Of a DNA stretch of 64,000 nucleotides, positions 50,757-61,456 are shown one piece after another. The notes below the pieces were generated by a model. That model ran no database searches. It saw only the letters and a program-made list of their open reading frames with translations, and was not told the origin of the DNA. The stretch is from an uncultured archaeon (GTDB lineage Archaea > Asgardarchaeota > Hermodarchaeia > Hermodarchaeales > Hermodarchaeaceae), in contig CAYFXC010000002.1 in assembly GCA_964347045.1 (NCBI GenBank), positions 32,001 to 96,000 on the forward strand, written 5' to 3'. Both the position numbers and the translations under genes were made by a program. Numbering within the stretch: position 1 is the first letter of the stretch; each line of letters begins with the position of its first letter.

Positions 50757-51655
50757 AAATAAAAATGGCATATATTGAAGTCAAAGATTTAGTTCGTGTC
50801 TACCGAATGGGAACCGTCGAGGTCCGTGCCCTACGAGGTCTTAATATGACTGTTCGTAAAGGGGAACTCGTATCGGTGATGGGGCCTTCCGGTTCAGGTA
50901 AAACCACATTGCTTAATATTTTGGGTGGACTCGATCGGTCCACGGCGGGTGAAGCCAAGGTTGGTGATGTGGATGTCACGTTTCTGAACCGAAAACAACT
51001 AGTAATGTATCGCCGACGTGTCGTGGGGCATATATTTCAGACATTGAACCTTGTTCCCACTCTAACTGCGGCAGAAAATGTGGCGTTACCGATGATTGTC
51101 AACCAAGTTCCACGAAGTGAACGACGAGACCGAGTGGACGAATTGCTGGAAATTGTTCAGCTCTCTGATAGGGCCAAGCATAAACCGGATGAATTGAGTG
51201 GTGGTGAACAGCAACGTGTGGCAATTGCGGCTTCGCTAGCCAATGATCCACCAATTCTTCTTGCAGATGAACCAACCGGCGAACTTGATTCAGAAACCTC
51301 TCAAGTCATCGTGGATTTTCTTGCAAAAATCAACCATAAATACAAAAAGACCATCATTCTCGTTACGCATAATCCAATTGTTGCAGCGGCTTCTGAACGC
51401 ATCCTGCGCATTGAAGATGGAGTTATTAAAGCAGCCTATACCCCTGCGGAACTTGAAGCCGGCGCTGAAGGTCGATCTGTGAGTTATGTTGACCAAATGC
51501 AACAGCGAATAAAGAAACTCCAGGCAGAACTCAAAGAGTTGGATACGAAGTTTAAGAAAGGAACCGTTACTGGCGACGAATATGTAGATGAACGGTTACG
51601 TCTAAAAGCAGCTATTCAGGGTCTTAAGGATGAAGTTCACCGACACGGTGGTTAG
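50753..51655 (+). CDS. LolD/MacB-type ABC ATPase with coiled-coil/SHOCT-like C-terminal extension
   Basis: [26 protein letters not shown], plus about 70 aa extra tail. Confidence 0.92.
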   Translation: MKIKMAYIEVKDLVRVYRMGTVEVRALRGLNMTVRKGELVSVMGPSGSGKTTLLNILGGLDRSTAGEAKVGDVDVTFLNRKQLVMYRRRVVGHIFQTLNLVPTLTAAENVALPMIVNQVPRSERRDRVDELLEIVQLSDRAKHKPDELSGGEQQRVAIAASLANDPPILLADEPTGELDSETSQVIVDFLAKINHKYKKTIILVTHNPIVAAASERILRIEDGVIKAAYTPAELEAGAEGRSVSYVDQMQQRIKKLQAELKELDTKFKKGTVTGDEYVDERLRLKAAIQGLKDEVHRHGG

Positions 51656-51760
51656 ACGTTTAACCGACACATAATTCAATGAAAACGGAAGTATTAATTG
51701 CACTTTTCCCTCCTTTGATGCATAGCAAGAGAGTCTATCCAAACAGGAGTTGGTAAAACC

Positions 51761-52279
51761 GTGCCATTCCGAGATTACATCGCAGCCCCCCATAAACTTG
51801 TATACATCGAAGGGAAGGACCGACATAAAATCCCCTGCATCTTTTGTGCCATTATCGAAGGGAATCCAAAGGTTAAAACCAAAATCGTTTACCGTGATCA
51901 AGAGTTCATGGTCCTACTCAACATGTTTCCGTTCAACCCAGGTCATGTAATGGTCGTTCCAATCCGACACGTCGTAAAGCTCTCTGAGCTAAATAAAGAG
52001 GAACAAACTGCTTTCTTTGGGATGGGCACAAAGACAGTGCACCTAGTAGAAGCTGCCTTTAATCCAACTGGTGTGAATATGGGGTTAAATATTGGATCTG
52101 CAGCCGGGGCAAGCATCAACCACCTTCATTTACATATTGTCCCCCGATACCCCCGAGAATTGGGCTTTATGGAAACAACCGCAGATACGCGAACTCTTGT
52201 TATGGATGCAGAAACCACCTATCAACGTCTCCTACCACATGTGGATATTCTCAAACAGGAGACAACAAAGAAATCCTGA
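51761..52279 (+). CDS. HIT family nucleotide hydrolase
   Basis: CIFC, LNMFPFNPGH, HLHLHIVPR. Confidence 0.93.
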   Translation: MPFRDYIAAPHKLVYIEGKDRHKIPCIFCAIIEGNPKVKTKIVYRDQEFMVLLNMFPFNPGHVMVVPIRHVVKLSELNKEEQTAFFGMGTKTVHLVEAAFNPTGVNMGLNIGSAAGASINHLHLHIVPRYPRELGFMETTADTRTLVMDAETTYQRLLPHVDILKQETTKKS

Positions 52280-52289
52280 GAGAAAAAAA

Positions 52290-52835
52290 ATGAGTAACAA
52301 ACAACAAGATTCCGTCCACCAAGGCCTAGTGCAAGTCTATACGGGTACGGGTAAAGGTAAAACCACAGCAGCTCTGGGATTAGGACTTCGTGCAGCTGGA
52401 CACGGCTTTGAGGTGTACATGATTCAGTTCATGAAAGGACAAATAAATTATGGAGAGTTGGAAGCGGTCAAACGGATTCCTAACTTCACGATTCGACAGT
52501 TTGGGCGCCCCGATTTTATCGATAAGTCCAACCCAGATCCTGAAGACATCAAATATGCCCAAGATGCTCTTGATCATGCTCGCAAGATTATCGAAGTAGG
52601 GAGTGTTGATTTTTTAATTCTCGATGAAGTAAATGTGGCAATTGACTTCGGGTTAATCACTGACAGGGAAGTTATTGCATTAATCAAATCTCGTCCGTCC
52701 CAAATGGAACTGATTTTAACAGGAAGATATGCATCTTCAGCTATTATCGAAATCGCTGATCTTGTGAGTGAAATAAAAGAAATCAAACATCCATATCAAA
52801 AAGGAATTGCCGCACGGAAGGGCGTTGAAAAATAG
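52290..52835 (+). CDS. cobO: Cob(I)yrinic acid a,c-diamide adenosyltransferase (CobO/BtuR)
   Basis: VYTGTGKGKTTAA, QFMKG, ILDE, LTGR, HPYQKG. The ORF-track extension from 52092 overlaps the HIT gene. Confidence 0.93.
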   Translation: MSNKQQDSVHQGLVQVYTGTGKGKTTAALGLGLRAAGHGFEVYMIQFMKGQINYGELEAVKRIPNFTIRQFGRPDFIDKSNPDPEDIKYAQDALDHARKIIEVGSVDFLILDEVNVAIDFGLITDREVIALIKSRPSQMELILTGRYASSAIIEIADLVSEIKEIKHPYQKGIAARKGVEK

Positions 52836-52856
52836 TAGATAAGAGAGTGAAATTGG

Positions 52857-54530
52857 TTGCCAAAGAAACGGCGTGTTAAGAAAGCCCTTAATGATTGGAA
52901 AATCAATGTGCTCACGCCGTATATGAAAACTACACCAGAACGTGTGGATAAGTTCATGACCACCTCCAGTAAACCTGTGAAACGCCTCTACACGCCTGAT
53001 GATGTACCAGGACTTGATTATCAACATGATCTTGGTTTTCCTGGGCAGCCTCCATATGCACGTGGCGTATATCCTACAATGTATCGCGGACGCTTATGGA
53101 CTATGCGCATGTATTCAGGATTTGGCAGCGCGGAACAGACCAATGAACGCTACCGCTACCTCCTTGAACAGGGACAAACAGGGTTGAGTGTAGCCTTTGA
53201 TTTGCCCACACAAATCGGATATGATTCGGATCATCCACTGGCAGCTGGTGAAGTGGGTAAATGTGGCGTATCTATTCCATCGGTTGAGGATATGGGAATC
53301 CTCTTCCAAGATATTCCGCTCGACAAAGTAAGTACAAGTATGACCATTAACGCTCCTGCAGCAATTTTACTCGCAATGTACGTTGTGATAGCAAAACGAC
53401 AAGGTGTCAATTCTAAGGTGCTAAGGGGCACCATCCAAAATGATATTCTTAAGGAATACGTAGCCCGCGGTACCTACATCTATCCTCCAGAAGCCTCAAT
53501 GCGTTTGATTACTGACACTTTTGCATATTGTCGTGAGGAACTTCCTCGCTGGAATACCATTAGTATTAGTGGATACCATATTCGAGAAGCAGGAAGTACC
53601 GCTACTCAAGAGGTAGCCTTTACTTTTGCAAATGGTATCGCATATATAAAGGCCGCCATCGAGGCAGGGTTGCGAGTGGATGAGTTTGCTCCCCGACTCT
53701 CCTTCTTTTTTGGAGCACACAACGACCTTTTCGAAGAAGTCGCAAAATTCCGAGCAGCACGTCGCTTGTGGTATAGGATAATGCGGGATCGATTTAATGC
53801 TGAGGATTCTCGTTCGTGGCTACTCCGGTTTCACACACAAACTGCCGGATGTAGTTTGACAGCCCAACAGCCTGAAAATAATATTGTACGAGTCACTATG
53901 CAAGCTCTCGCCGCGGTGCTTGGGGGTACACAATCACTTCATACTAACTCTATGGATGAGGCGTTAGCGCTCCCAACAGAAAAAGCTGCAACCATTGCAT
54001 TGCGTACACAACAAATCCTTGCCCAAGAAAGTGGTGTGGCGAATACGATTGATCCCTTTGCAGGTTCATTCTACCTTGAAAAGTTAACCGACGATATTGA
54101 AGAGGGAGTTGTAAAGTATCTTGAACGCATTGATAAAATGGGGGGTGTTCTACGGGCGATTGAAACAGGGTATATTCAACGTGAAATTCATGATAGTGCA
54201 TATCGGTATCAGCGGGAAATCGAAACCGGTGAGCGAATTGTTGTGGGCGTAAACCAATTCGTTATCCCTGAAGAACAACAAACTATCGATTATCTTCGGG
54301 TTGATCCAGCTGTAGAGAAAAGCCAACAAAAAAAGCTTGCATCCTTTCGAAGAAATCGGGATGGAAAAGCAGTGGAAATAGCCCTCAACATGCTTCAGAT
54401 AACAGCAGAAAGAAAAGAAAATCTTCTATACCCAATCCTTGCTGCAGTTGAGGCGCAAGCAACGCTTGGTGAAATTTGTGATGCACTTCGATTAGTCTTT
54501 GGTGAATATAAGGCACCACAAATCTTCTAG
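52857..54530 (+). CDS. Methylmalonyl-CoA mutase large (substrate-binding) subunit
   Basis: [52 protein letters not shown]. No B12-binding domain. Confidence 0.95.
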   Translation: MPKKRRVKKALNDWKINVLTPYMKTTPERVDKFMTTSSKPVKRLYTPDDVPGLDYQHDLGFPGQPPYARGVYPTMYRGRLWTMRMYSGFGSAEQTNERYRYLLEQGQTGLSVAFDLPTQIGYDSDHPLAAGEVGKCGVSIPSVEDMGILFQDIPLDKVSTSMTINAPAAILLAMYVVIAKRQGVNSKVLRGTIQNDILKEYVARGTYIYPPEASMRLITDTFAYCREELPRWNTISISGYHIREAGSTATQEVAFTFANGIAYIKAAIEAGLRVDEFAPRLSFFFGAHNDLFEEVAKFRAARRLWYRIMRDRFNAEDSRSWLLRFHTQTAGCSLTAQQPENNIVRVTMQALAAVLGGTQSLHTNSMDEALALPTEKAATIALRTQQILAQESGVANTIDPFAGSFYLEKLTDDIEEGVVKYLERIDKMGGVLRAIETGYIQREIHDSAYRYQREIETGERIVVGVNQFVIPEEQQTIDYLRVDPAVEKSQQKKLASFRRNRDGKAVEIALNMLQITAERKENLLYPILAAVEAQATLGEICDALRLVFGEYKAPQIF

Positions 54531-55771
54531 AATTCTTTTTGCATTTCTACTTTTGAAGGAACTGTCAAATAAACTACAAGAATCAATGTTAAACCTATAA
54601 CGGCAGCAACCCAGTAAACCCCCGGAAGTGTCCATATTGCTAGAACCACTGCCATGATAAGCGGACCCAGTGTTTGTCCCAACCGAAGAACAAGTCCATT
54701 TAGAGACATAACAGCCGCACGATTTTCCATGGGCGCTAGATTTACGAGTAAATTTTGGGTTGTAGGAATTGCTAAACCTAAGCCAACTCCAAAACAGCCA
54801 ACTGGAATGAGAAGTATCAGGAGAGTTGGAGCAAATGGTATTAGGAATAAGCCAAAGGCCACAAAGGGGAATGCAGTAATCAATATACTCTTCATAGAAA
54901 ATCGTCGTATCAAATAACCCACCAAGAACGACATAATCGCAGCACAAACTGAGATAAAGGAAACGACAAGCCCTGCAATGAAGGAATTTACCAAGAAGGC
55001 AGCAATTACAAGAAAGGGCAGAAACGTTATAATCGCTCCATAAAGCATGATGAAAATAGATGTACTTACAATAAACAGACCTACAACCTGTTTATTTTGA
55101 AGAGTAACTCGAATCTGTCCAAAATATTTTCCTAAAGTGAGGATATGCCCAGGTTTAGGTACTGTTAGCCAAAAGAGCACAGCAAGCCCAACGGGGATGG
55201 CGAGCAAAGGAAGAACGAAAGGATAAAACCAAGCAAAAAGTGCCAAAAACCCACCAATAGTAGGGTAGATTGCAGTAGAAATACTTTGCACACTGGCATT
55301 ATAGCCCATCACTTGTGTGCGTTGTGTACGATGATACAAATCACCAATAATTGTCACATTGAGTGAACCTAGTGAAGCAGCTCCAACTCCCTGAAGGAAA
55401 CGAAGAATCAGTAACATAATGAATGGCGAAATTCCAAACATTAGACCCAAAGGTTCAGAAAATGCACAAGCAAAACCTGCAAACCCAAACATTAGCAATG
55501 ATGGTACAAGTATACGTTTACGCCCAAACCGATCAGCAGCGACTCCAAGAAAAGGGGTGAAAATGACACCAGGAATGGTAAAAAAAATGACGACTAGGCT
55601 AATCATCCCTGGTGGGATCCCCAGCATGATACTCATCAACGGAAAGGCAGGAGTTATGCTCGCAACACCCATTACAGCAATGAGAGTAGTTCCGAAGATA
55701 ACAAGCAGGTTCGAATTGACTGATGGCTTTTGCGCTTCGTTATCTTCTATGGATACAACTGTGGGTTTCAT
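54527..55771 (-). CDS. MFS transporter
   Basis: Twelve TM helices; [11 protein letters not shown]; LRFLQGVG. Confidence 0.92.
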   Translation of the reverse strand: MKPTVVSIEDNEAQKPSVNSNLLVIFGTTLIAVMGVASITPAFPLMSIMLGIPPGMISLVVIFFTIPGVIFTPFLGVAADRFGRKRILVPSLLMFGFAGFACAFSEPLGLMFGISPFIMLLILRFLQGVGAASLGSLNVTIIGDLYHRTQRTQVMGYNASVQSISTAIYPTIGGFLALFAWFYPFVLPLLAIPVGLAVLFWLTVPKPGHILTLGKYFGQIRVTLQNKQVVGLFIVSTSIFIMLYGAIITFLPFLVIAAFLVNSFIAGLVVSFISVCAAIMSFLVGYLIRRFSMKSILITAFPFVAFGLFLIPFAPTLLILLIPVGCFGVGLGLAIPTTQNLLVNLAPMENRAAVMSLNGLVLRLGQTLGPLIMAVVLAIWTLPGVYWVAAVIGLTLILVVYLTVPSKVEMQKEF

Positions 55772-55873
55772 AGTTCGGTTCAGCTCCTGACCTTTGATAA
55801 AAAAGTTTGTAGATTACCAGTTTATGCAAACAGAAGTCTTTTCAAGGTTCCAAGGCGAAGAAGAAGCGGAGAT

Positions 55874-56281
55874 GTGTTTAATTTGCGCATAACCCATATT
55901 GGAATAGCCGTCAAAGATGCTGATGCAGCCATTAAACTATATCGTGAGATTTTAGGCTTAGAGCCATCAAGCGTTGAAACTGTAGAAAACCAAAATGTAA
56001 AAACGATCCATATTCCGATTGGAGATTCCAGCATCGAACTGTTAGAATCGACAAGTCCTGATGGCGTAGTCGCGAAATTCATCGAAAAACGCGGAGAAGG
56101 AATCCACCACATCGCCATCGAAGTGGATGATATCGAAGGTACTCTGACCAAGATGAAAACGGCAGGATTTCAGTTGATTGATGAATCGCCACGAATAGGT
56201 GCCGGAAACATGATGATTGCGTTTGTTCATCCCCGTAGTACTAACGGCGTGCTCTTAGAACTCTGTCAACCAAAAAAATAG
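55874..56281 (+). CDS. mce: Methylmalonyl-CoA epimerase
   Basis: HIGIAV, IELLE, GEGIHHIA, AFVHPRSTNGVLLELCQ. Start GTG 55874 or TTG 55883. Confidence 0.93.
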   Translation: MFNLRITHIGIAVKDADAAIKLYREILGLEPSSVETVENQNVKTIHIPIGDSSIELLESTSPDGVVAKFIEKRGEGIHHIAIEVDDIEGTLTKMKTAGFQLIDESPRIGAGNMMIAFVHPRSTNGVLLELCQPKK

Positions 56282-56297
56282 ATTGTGCGTGAATTAA

Positions 56298-57134
56298 ATG
56301 GCTAAACCGCCAATCCCATTAGAGCCCCGAAAAGACTCCTTTCAACATGCATTCAAAAACATGGCAAATTTAGTCTTTAAACGATTGCTCCATTTTCCAT
56401 CACTTCCATCAACCAACACATACTTGAAAGGATTAGCCAAGAGGGGCGAACCTGAAGGATTAATTGTGCTGGCAGACACACAGACCAAAGGAATTGGACG
56501 ATTGGAGCGAAGTTGGTATTCGCCCCCAGGAGGACTTTATTTCTCGTTGCTTGTCCGCCCTATGACTATTACTGCAAACAATACTCCACTCATAACTCTA
56601 ACAACAGGTATAGCAATCGCAAAAGTACTTCAAAGTGCCTTAGGCTTACATCCTTCTTTGAAATGGCCCAATGATGTGCTATTAGATAGGCGAAAAGTAG
56701 CAGGGATTCTGGTTGAATCAGCGTTCATAGACAACGCTATTGAATATTCAGTAATTGGCATCGGAATCAATGTCAACACAACTCGTATGGATTTTCCTGA
56801 ATCCATACAAAACACTCTAACGACGCTTCAAGATAAGCTCAAACGAGTGGTGAATTTACCACGATTATTTGGATATTTTGTTGGTCAACTTGAATTTTGG
56901 TATCTGAAGCTCCTTGACAAAGGTTTCAAGGCTATCGAGCCACACTATCGAGGGTTATGTATGACTCTGGGTAAACGCGTCATCATTGATTTGGGTGATG
57001 TTAAATTAACCGGTCAAGCGAAGGGGTTAGAACCAGATGGCAGTTTAATTATCCAGACACCAGAGGGAATGAAAATAATTCGCAGTGGTGACATGATTTC
57101 CTCAAAACCTAATAACACCGTTGAACAATCTTAA
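56298..57134 (+). CDS. birA: Biotin-protein ligase (no HTH)
   Basis: STN, QTKGIGR..RSW, KWPND, KVAGIL, GIGINVN. Confidence 0.94.
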   Translation: MAKPPIPLEPRKDSFQHAFKNMANLVFKRLLHFPSLPSTNTYLKGLAKRGEPEGLIVLADTQTKGIGRLERSWYSPPGGLYFSLLVRPMTITANNTPLITLTTGIAIAKVLQSALGLHPSLKWPNDVLLDRRKVAGILVESAFIDNAIEYSVIGIGINVNTTRMDFPESIQNTLTTLQDKLKRVVNLPRLFGYFVGQLEFWYLKLLDKGFKAIEPHYRGLCMTLGKRVIIDLGDVKLTGQAKGLEPDGSLIIQTPEGMKIIRSGDMISSKPNNTVEQS

Positions 57135-57177
57135 CAAGCCTTTTAGGCAAAAAACCCTCAAAACCAACTAGTGAACG

Positions 57178-57573
57178 ATGATGACCAACCTAGGATTCCC
57201 CTTAGAATTCTCTATACTGGCCGCACAATTTGATTTTGTGGATGCACTGCTAAACCTGATTTTCGGTGCCTTTGGTTTGATTTTCGTACTCTTCATTGCC
57301 ATCTTTGTAGGTATCTTCATTTTTGCTTTTTATATGATCTGTAAGAGTATGCGATCCGCTTCAAAGGCAATGGAGGTAGAGGAACGTGTTTTCACACCTA
57401 TAGGCCCAGAACATGACCGTCAACTAATCAGAGAAAGCCTTCCGCCTCAATGCCCCGAATGCGATGCGCCTCTCAAGTATAATGAAGTTCGATGGACAGG
57501 CCCCAGACAAGCTGAATGTCCTTATTGTGGAACGGCTGTAGAACTAGAAGAAACCATAGTAGGGGATTCCTAA
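57178..57573 (+). CDS. Membrane-anchored zinc-ribbon protein
   Basis: TM segment followed by CPECDAP...CPYCG. Confidence 0.7.
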   Translation: MMTNLGFPLEFSILAAQFDFVDALLNLIFGAFGLIFVLFIAIFVGIFIFAFYMICKSMRSASKAMEVEERVFTPIGPEHDRQLIRESLPPQCPECDAPLKYNEVRWTGPRQAECPYCGTAVELEETIVGDS

Positions 57574-57585
57574 AAGAAAGAGTTC

Positions 57586-57612
57586 AGGTGACCAGCTGGT
57601 GGCTAGTCACCT
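57586..57612 (-). terminator. Hairpin between convergent genes
   Basis: Minus strand AGGUGACUAGC-CACCA-GCUGGUCACCU followed by a U-rich run. Confidence 0.65.
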
Positions 57613-57649
57613 TTCAATCTTTTTAGTCGAACTAAGTAGGGATCCATGC

Positions 57650-58027
57650 TTAACTGGTTTTCCAGAGTAGGTGAATGTTGCAGTATTCACGAGCCATGTC
57701 GGGTTTACCCTTCATAGGGAAATCCGCTTCAGGTTTTTGTCCAGGTTCAAGGAATTGACGCATAATTGTGCCATCCTTGACCACTTGAATCCATTCAATC
57801 CAATGCTCATTCACCATCGGGTGGGGCGTGGAACCGACGACGACATGCAGTCCATCTTCGGTCTCTTCCACGACCGGTACGTGCTTTTCGGTTTTAAAGT
57901 CAGCCGTCTGCTCTTCCATCAGTTTCATAGACTGACCATGGCAGACTAAAGTCCCTGACCCAGAATTCAATACTTCGACAATATTTCCACAGGTTCCACA
58001 TTTGTAAATTTGAAGCAATTCAGTCAT
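57650..58027 (-). CDS. dfx: Desulfoferrodoxin (superoxide reductase)
   Basis: YKCGTCGNIVEV, EKHVP, HPM...HWIEWI, YCNIH. Confidence 0.95.
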   Translation of the reverse strand: MTELLQIYKCGTCGNIVEVLNSGSGTLVCHGQSMKLMEEQTADFKTEKHVPVVEETEDGLHVVVGSTPHPMVNEHWIEWIQVVKDGTIMRQFLEPGQKPEADFPMKGKPDMAREYCNIHLLWKTS

Positions 58028-58069
58028 TTCATAATCACCAACTACTTTGAAACTATAAGGGGATGATGG

Positions 58070-58345
58070 CTACCCGGCCCCTCCCTTGGCTTCTTGGTCC
58101 TTCTGCTTTTTAACCATTTCTTGAACATCATTGTAAATCTGTTCGCCCACGCATTCTTTCGCGTATTCACAATATTGAACGCAGGACATTGTATCATTGT
58201 AGATTGTAAAACCGCAGTTATCACAATCCATCTTCACATCACTTGAAAAAAGTTCAATTTCCTCCCCACATTTAGGGCAAGTTTTAAAGATGATTGTAGG
58301 CCGTTTTAGTGGTGCGGCACCAGGGCAGTCATCAATAATTTTCAT
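58070..58345 (-). CDS. Small 8-Cys uncharacterised protein
   Basis: CPG...CPKCG.EIELFS...CDNCG...SCVQYCEYAKECVG. Confidence 0.8.
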   Translation of the reverse strand: MKIIDDCPGAAPLKRPTIIFKTCPKCGEEIELFSSDVKMDCDNCGFTIYNDTMSCVQYCEYAKECVGEQIYNDVQEMVKKQKDQEAKGGAG

Positions 58346-58396
58346 GGTTATCGGAATTGCGTTAACACTGTTGACCTTAAAATCGGTTCCCTTTTT

Positions 58397-58699
58397 CTAA
58401 TCTTCTGCCTTTTTGGTTTTAGTAGTCTCGTCGAGTTTCTCAGATGGCTCCCGATCCGTTTCGGGTTTTTCAGTAGCATCTGGAGCGTATCCAGCCACCT
58501 TCTCGATGGCAGCAATAAGTTGATCCTTAAGTTGTAAAGAAATTCGTACACCTCTTTTGGTAGGTCGCCAGCTGGCTTCTCCAGCTTGATAGTAAATCCG
58601 AATATCAATGCCGAGAAATCCCTGCCATTCTGAAAGGGACACCCAGATTTTTTCTGTTTCACTTCGAGGTAAAGCAACGGGTTCACCTACAGTTGTCAT
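58397..58699 (-). CDS. PC4/Sub1 (p15) family ssDNA-binding protein
   Basis: VSLSEWQG...IDIRIYY...WRPTKRGV. Confidence 0.88.
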   Translation of the reverse strand: MTTVGEPVALPRSETEKIWVSLSEWQGFLGIDIRIYYQAGEASWRPTKRGVRISLQLKDQLIAAIEKVAGYAPDATEKPETDREPSEKLDETTKTKKAED

Positions 58700-58772
58700 A
58701 ATAAAATCACCTTACTTCTCAATGAGAAAAAGCACCCTAAAAAGAATCGCATTCAGAGAAAAACAAGGGAGC

Positions 58773-58810
58773 GGCGGATTCGGCACTCGTTTCGATTAGC
58801 CTATCCCGCC
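58773..58810 (-). terminator. Stem-loop after rubredoxin
   Basis: GGCGG...GGC...GCC...CCGCC stem followed by CUUGUUUUUCUC. Confidence 0.55.
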
Positions 58811-58826
58811 AAGTTGATTCAACAAT

Positions 58827-58991
58827 CTAGTCGGTCGGTTCAAACATATCCTTTCCAACACCGCAAACAGGACACACCCAATCTTCAGGAATGTCCTCAA
58901 AAGCAGTGCCTGGAGCGATACCTCCGTCGGGGTCACCGACTGTAGGATCATATATGTAACCGCACGCTGTACAAACGTACTTCTGTGCCAT
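58827..58991 (-). CDS. Rubredoxin (54 aa; not in the ORF track)
   Basis: Hand-translated [54 protein letters not shown]; GGTGA RBS. Confidence 0.96.
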   Translation of the reverse strand: MAQKYVCTACGYIYDPTVGDPDGGIAPGTAFEDIPEDWVCPVCGVGKDMFEPTD

Positions 58992-59060
58992 GGTAGGTCA
59001 CCTGGTTTTGTTGGCAGATTAGGTGGTTATTATTGTTTGGGTATTATGATTTTGTTATAT

Positions 59061-59645
59061 CTAGTAAGTCTCACAAAGAACTTCAAAGAAAGGTGTAGGA
59101 TGGAAGCATGAGGGGCACTGATCTGGTGGTTGTTTGCCTTCATGGATGTATCCACACTCACGACATACCCACTTTGTGGGTTGATTTTTCTTGAAGACCG
59201 TTTTGGCTTCAACTTCCTTGAGGAGAGCAGAATAACGTGTGGCGTGGTGGACTTCTGCCTGAGCGATTGCACGGACTTGTTTTGCTATAGCGTGGAAGCC
59301 TTCTTCGTCGGCAATATCAGCGATTTCAGGGTACATTTTAGTATGTTCGTAAGTTTCGCCTTCAATTGCAGCTTTGAGGTTGTCAAGTGTATTACCAACT
59401 TTCAATGGGGCCAGTGCATCGACTTTGATTTCAGGCATAGGTTTGCCAGTGTGTTTCATAACATCTTGTGCTGCACGCCAGAAGTTTTTGGCATGAACGC
59501 GTTCATTATCGGCGGTTACATTGAAGATTTCAGCGATTTGCTCGTAGCCTTCTTTCATAGCGATTTTCGCGTAGATATTATAGCGGTTTCGAGCTTGACT
59601 TTCACCGATAAAGGCTTGGACAAGTCCAATTAGTGTCTTAGACAT
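59061..59645 (-). CDS. rbr: Rubrerythrin
   Basis: GESQARNRY, ERVHA, GETYE..MY, EVHH, CRECG...CPSC. Confidence 0.95.
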   Translation of the reverse strand: MSKTLIGLVQAFIGESQARNRYNIYAKIAMKEGYEQIAEIFNVTADNERVHAKNFWRAAQDVMKHTGKPMPEIKVDALAPLKVGNTLDNLKAAIEGETYEHTKMYPEIADIADEEGFHAIAKQVRAIAQAEVHHATRYSALLKEVEAKTVFKKNQPTKWVCRECGYIHEGKQPPDQCPSCFHPTPFFEVLCETY

Positions 59646-59793
59646 GGCTGTTTGTCCTCGTGCGACTATCAGTGCTATTCGGGATAAGAATCTTTGTGAT
59701 TAATGACCTCAGAATATTTAGCTAACCAATTGGGTTTAAGAGGAGTGGTAGTAGTAGAGGAACCATTCTAGAGATATACGGAGAGTAACCAGA

Positions 59794-61353
59794 ATGCCTT
59801 CAGAAATAATGAATCGAAAGATGAAGGAACTCCACAAACGCCTAAAAAAAGCCCAACTCGGTGGCGGTAAGGAGCGTATCGATAAACAGCATAAAGCTGG
59901 AAAAATGACAGCACGCGAAAGGATTGACAGGTTGCTGGACACGGGAAGTTTCATGGAATTCGATGCTCTCGTGGAACATCGGTGCACCGAATTCAAGATG
60001 GACAAACAAAAGATCCCCGGTGATGGCGTTGTAACCGGCTATGGAACCATTGATGGGCGCTTAGTATTTGTGTTTAGCCAAGATTTTACGGTGTTTGGCG
60101 GCGCGTTAGGAGAAATGTTTGGTGAAAAAGTCACCAAAATTATGGATCTAGCCCTAGAAGCAGGAGCCCCCGTAATTGGTTTGAATGACTCGGGTGGGGC
60201 ACGTATCCAAGAAGGTGTTGCGAGTCTCGGCGCCTATGGAGAAATCTTCTATCGCAATGTAATTGCTTCTGGTGTGATTCCACAAATTAGTGCAATTATG
60301 GGTCCTTGTGCCGGTGGCGCTGTTTATAGTCCCGCCGTTACCGATTTTACTCTCATGGTCAAAAACACGAGCCGAATGTTTATCACTGGACCAAACGTCA
60401 TCAAGGCAGTAACGGGAGAAGTTATTTCCTTTGAAGAACTTGGCGGCGCAATGGCTCATAACATTAAAAGTGGCGTTGCCCAATTCGCAGCAGAAAATGA
60501 AGAGCATTGTCTTCAACTTATTCGAGACCTATTATCGTATCTTCCATCGAACAATGTTGAGGACCCTCCACTTCTAGAAGCTACTGATGATCCACAACGA
60601 ACAGACCCCCGGTTGAACGAACTCCTCCCAGATGACACCACAACTCCTTACGATATGAAACAAGCCATTCTGAGTGTAGCAGACAATCATCAGTTCCTTG
60701 AAGTTCACGAACACTTTGCCCAGAATATAGTGGTGGGATTCATTCGATTGAATGGACATCCTGTGGGCGTCGTTGCCAACCAACCAAACTACCTAGCAGG
60801 AACACTAGATATTGATGCCTCTGATAAGTGTGCACGGTTTGTCAGGTTCTGCGATGCATTCAATATACCAGTGTTGACTTTCATGGACGTACCAGGATTT
60901 CTTCCTGGCGTTGATCAAGAACATCGAGGCATAATTCGACATGGAGCCAAGATTCTTTTTGCATATGCCGAAGCGACTGTTCCTAAAGTCACCGTGATTA
61001 CACGAAAAGCCATTGGGGGAGCCTATGTAGTATTGGGATCGAAACACTTGCGTGCCGATGTAGTCTATGCTTGGCCTACCACTGAAATGGCCGTAATGGG
61101 ACCTGAAGGAGCCGCAAATATCATTTTCCGACGAGAAATCGAAAAATCAAAGGATCCAGATGCAACACGGGCAAAACGGATAGCCGAATACCGAGAACGT
61201 TTCGCGAATCCATATTCAGGAGCAGTTCGCGGATTCATTGACGAGGTTATTGAACCTGCAGTCACTCGATCACGAATAATTGCTGCCTTCGAAATGTTAC
61301 GAACCAAACGTCAAGCCCTACCAAAGAAAAAGCATGGCAACTGTCCCCTCTAA
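59794..61353 (+). CDS. Acyl-CoA carboxyltransferase (PccB/MmdA/transcarboxylase 12S-like)
   Basis: [42 protein letters not shown]. Confidence 0.95.
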   Translation: MPSEIMNRKMKELHKRLKKAQLGGGKERIDKQHKAGKMTARERIDRLLDTGSFMEFDALVEHRCTEFKMDKQKIPGDGVVTGYGTIDGRLVFVFSQDFTVFGGALGEMFGEKVTKIMDLALEAGAPVIGLNDSGGARIQEGVASLGAYGEIFYRNVIASGVIPQISAIMGPCAGGAVYSPAVTDFTLMVKNTSRMFITGPNVIKAVTGEVISFEELGGAMAHNIKSGVAQFAAENEEHCLQLIRDLLSYLPSNNVEDPPLLEATDDPQRTDPRLNELLPDDTTTPYDMKQAILSVADNHQFLEVHEHFAQNIVVGFIRLNGHPVGVVANQPNYLAGTLDIDASDKCARFVRFCDAFNIPVLTFMDVPGFLPGVDQEHRGIIRHGAKILFAYAEATVPKVTVITRKAIGGAYVVLGSKHLRADVVYAWPTTEMAVMGPEGAANIIFRREIEKSKDPDATRAKRIAEYRERFANPYSGAVRGFIDEVIEPAVTRSRIIAAFEMLRTKRQALPKKKHGNCPL

Positions 61354-61456
61354 TCTAATAATAAATAGGACGATTGGCTGGACAGACAGAAAACTAAAAA
61401 CTAAGAGAGATTATTACCACCTATCTTCCTCTGACATATTGCGAGGTGTAACCATC

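Noticed and set aside
58773-58810. Hairpin after rubredoxin as a SECIS element
   Set aside because: No in-frame UGA in rubredoxin or rubrerythrin and no AUGA/GA quartet; a terminator or stabiliser is the simpler reading.
61280-61456. N-terminal extension of the 5S-like ORF
   Set aside because: It overlaps the upstream gene end, and the RBS and homology begin at about 61457.
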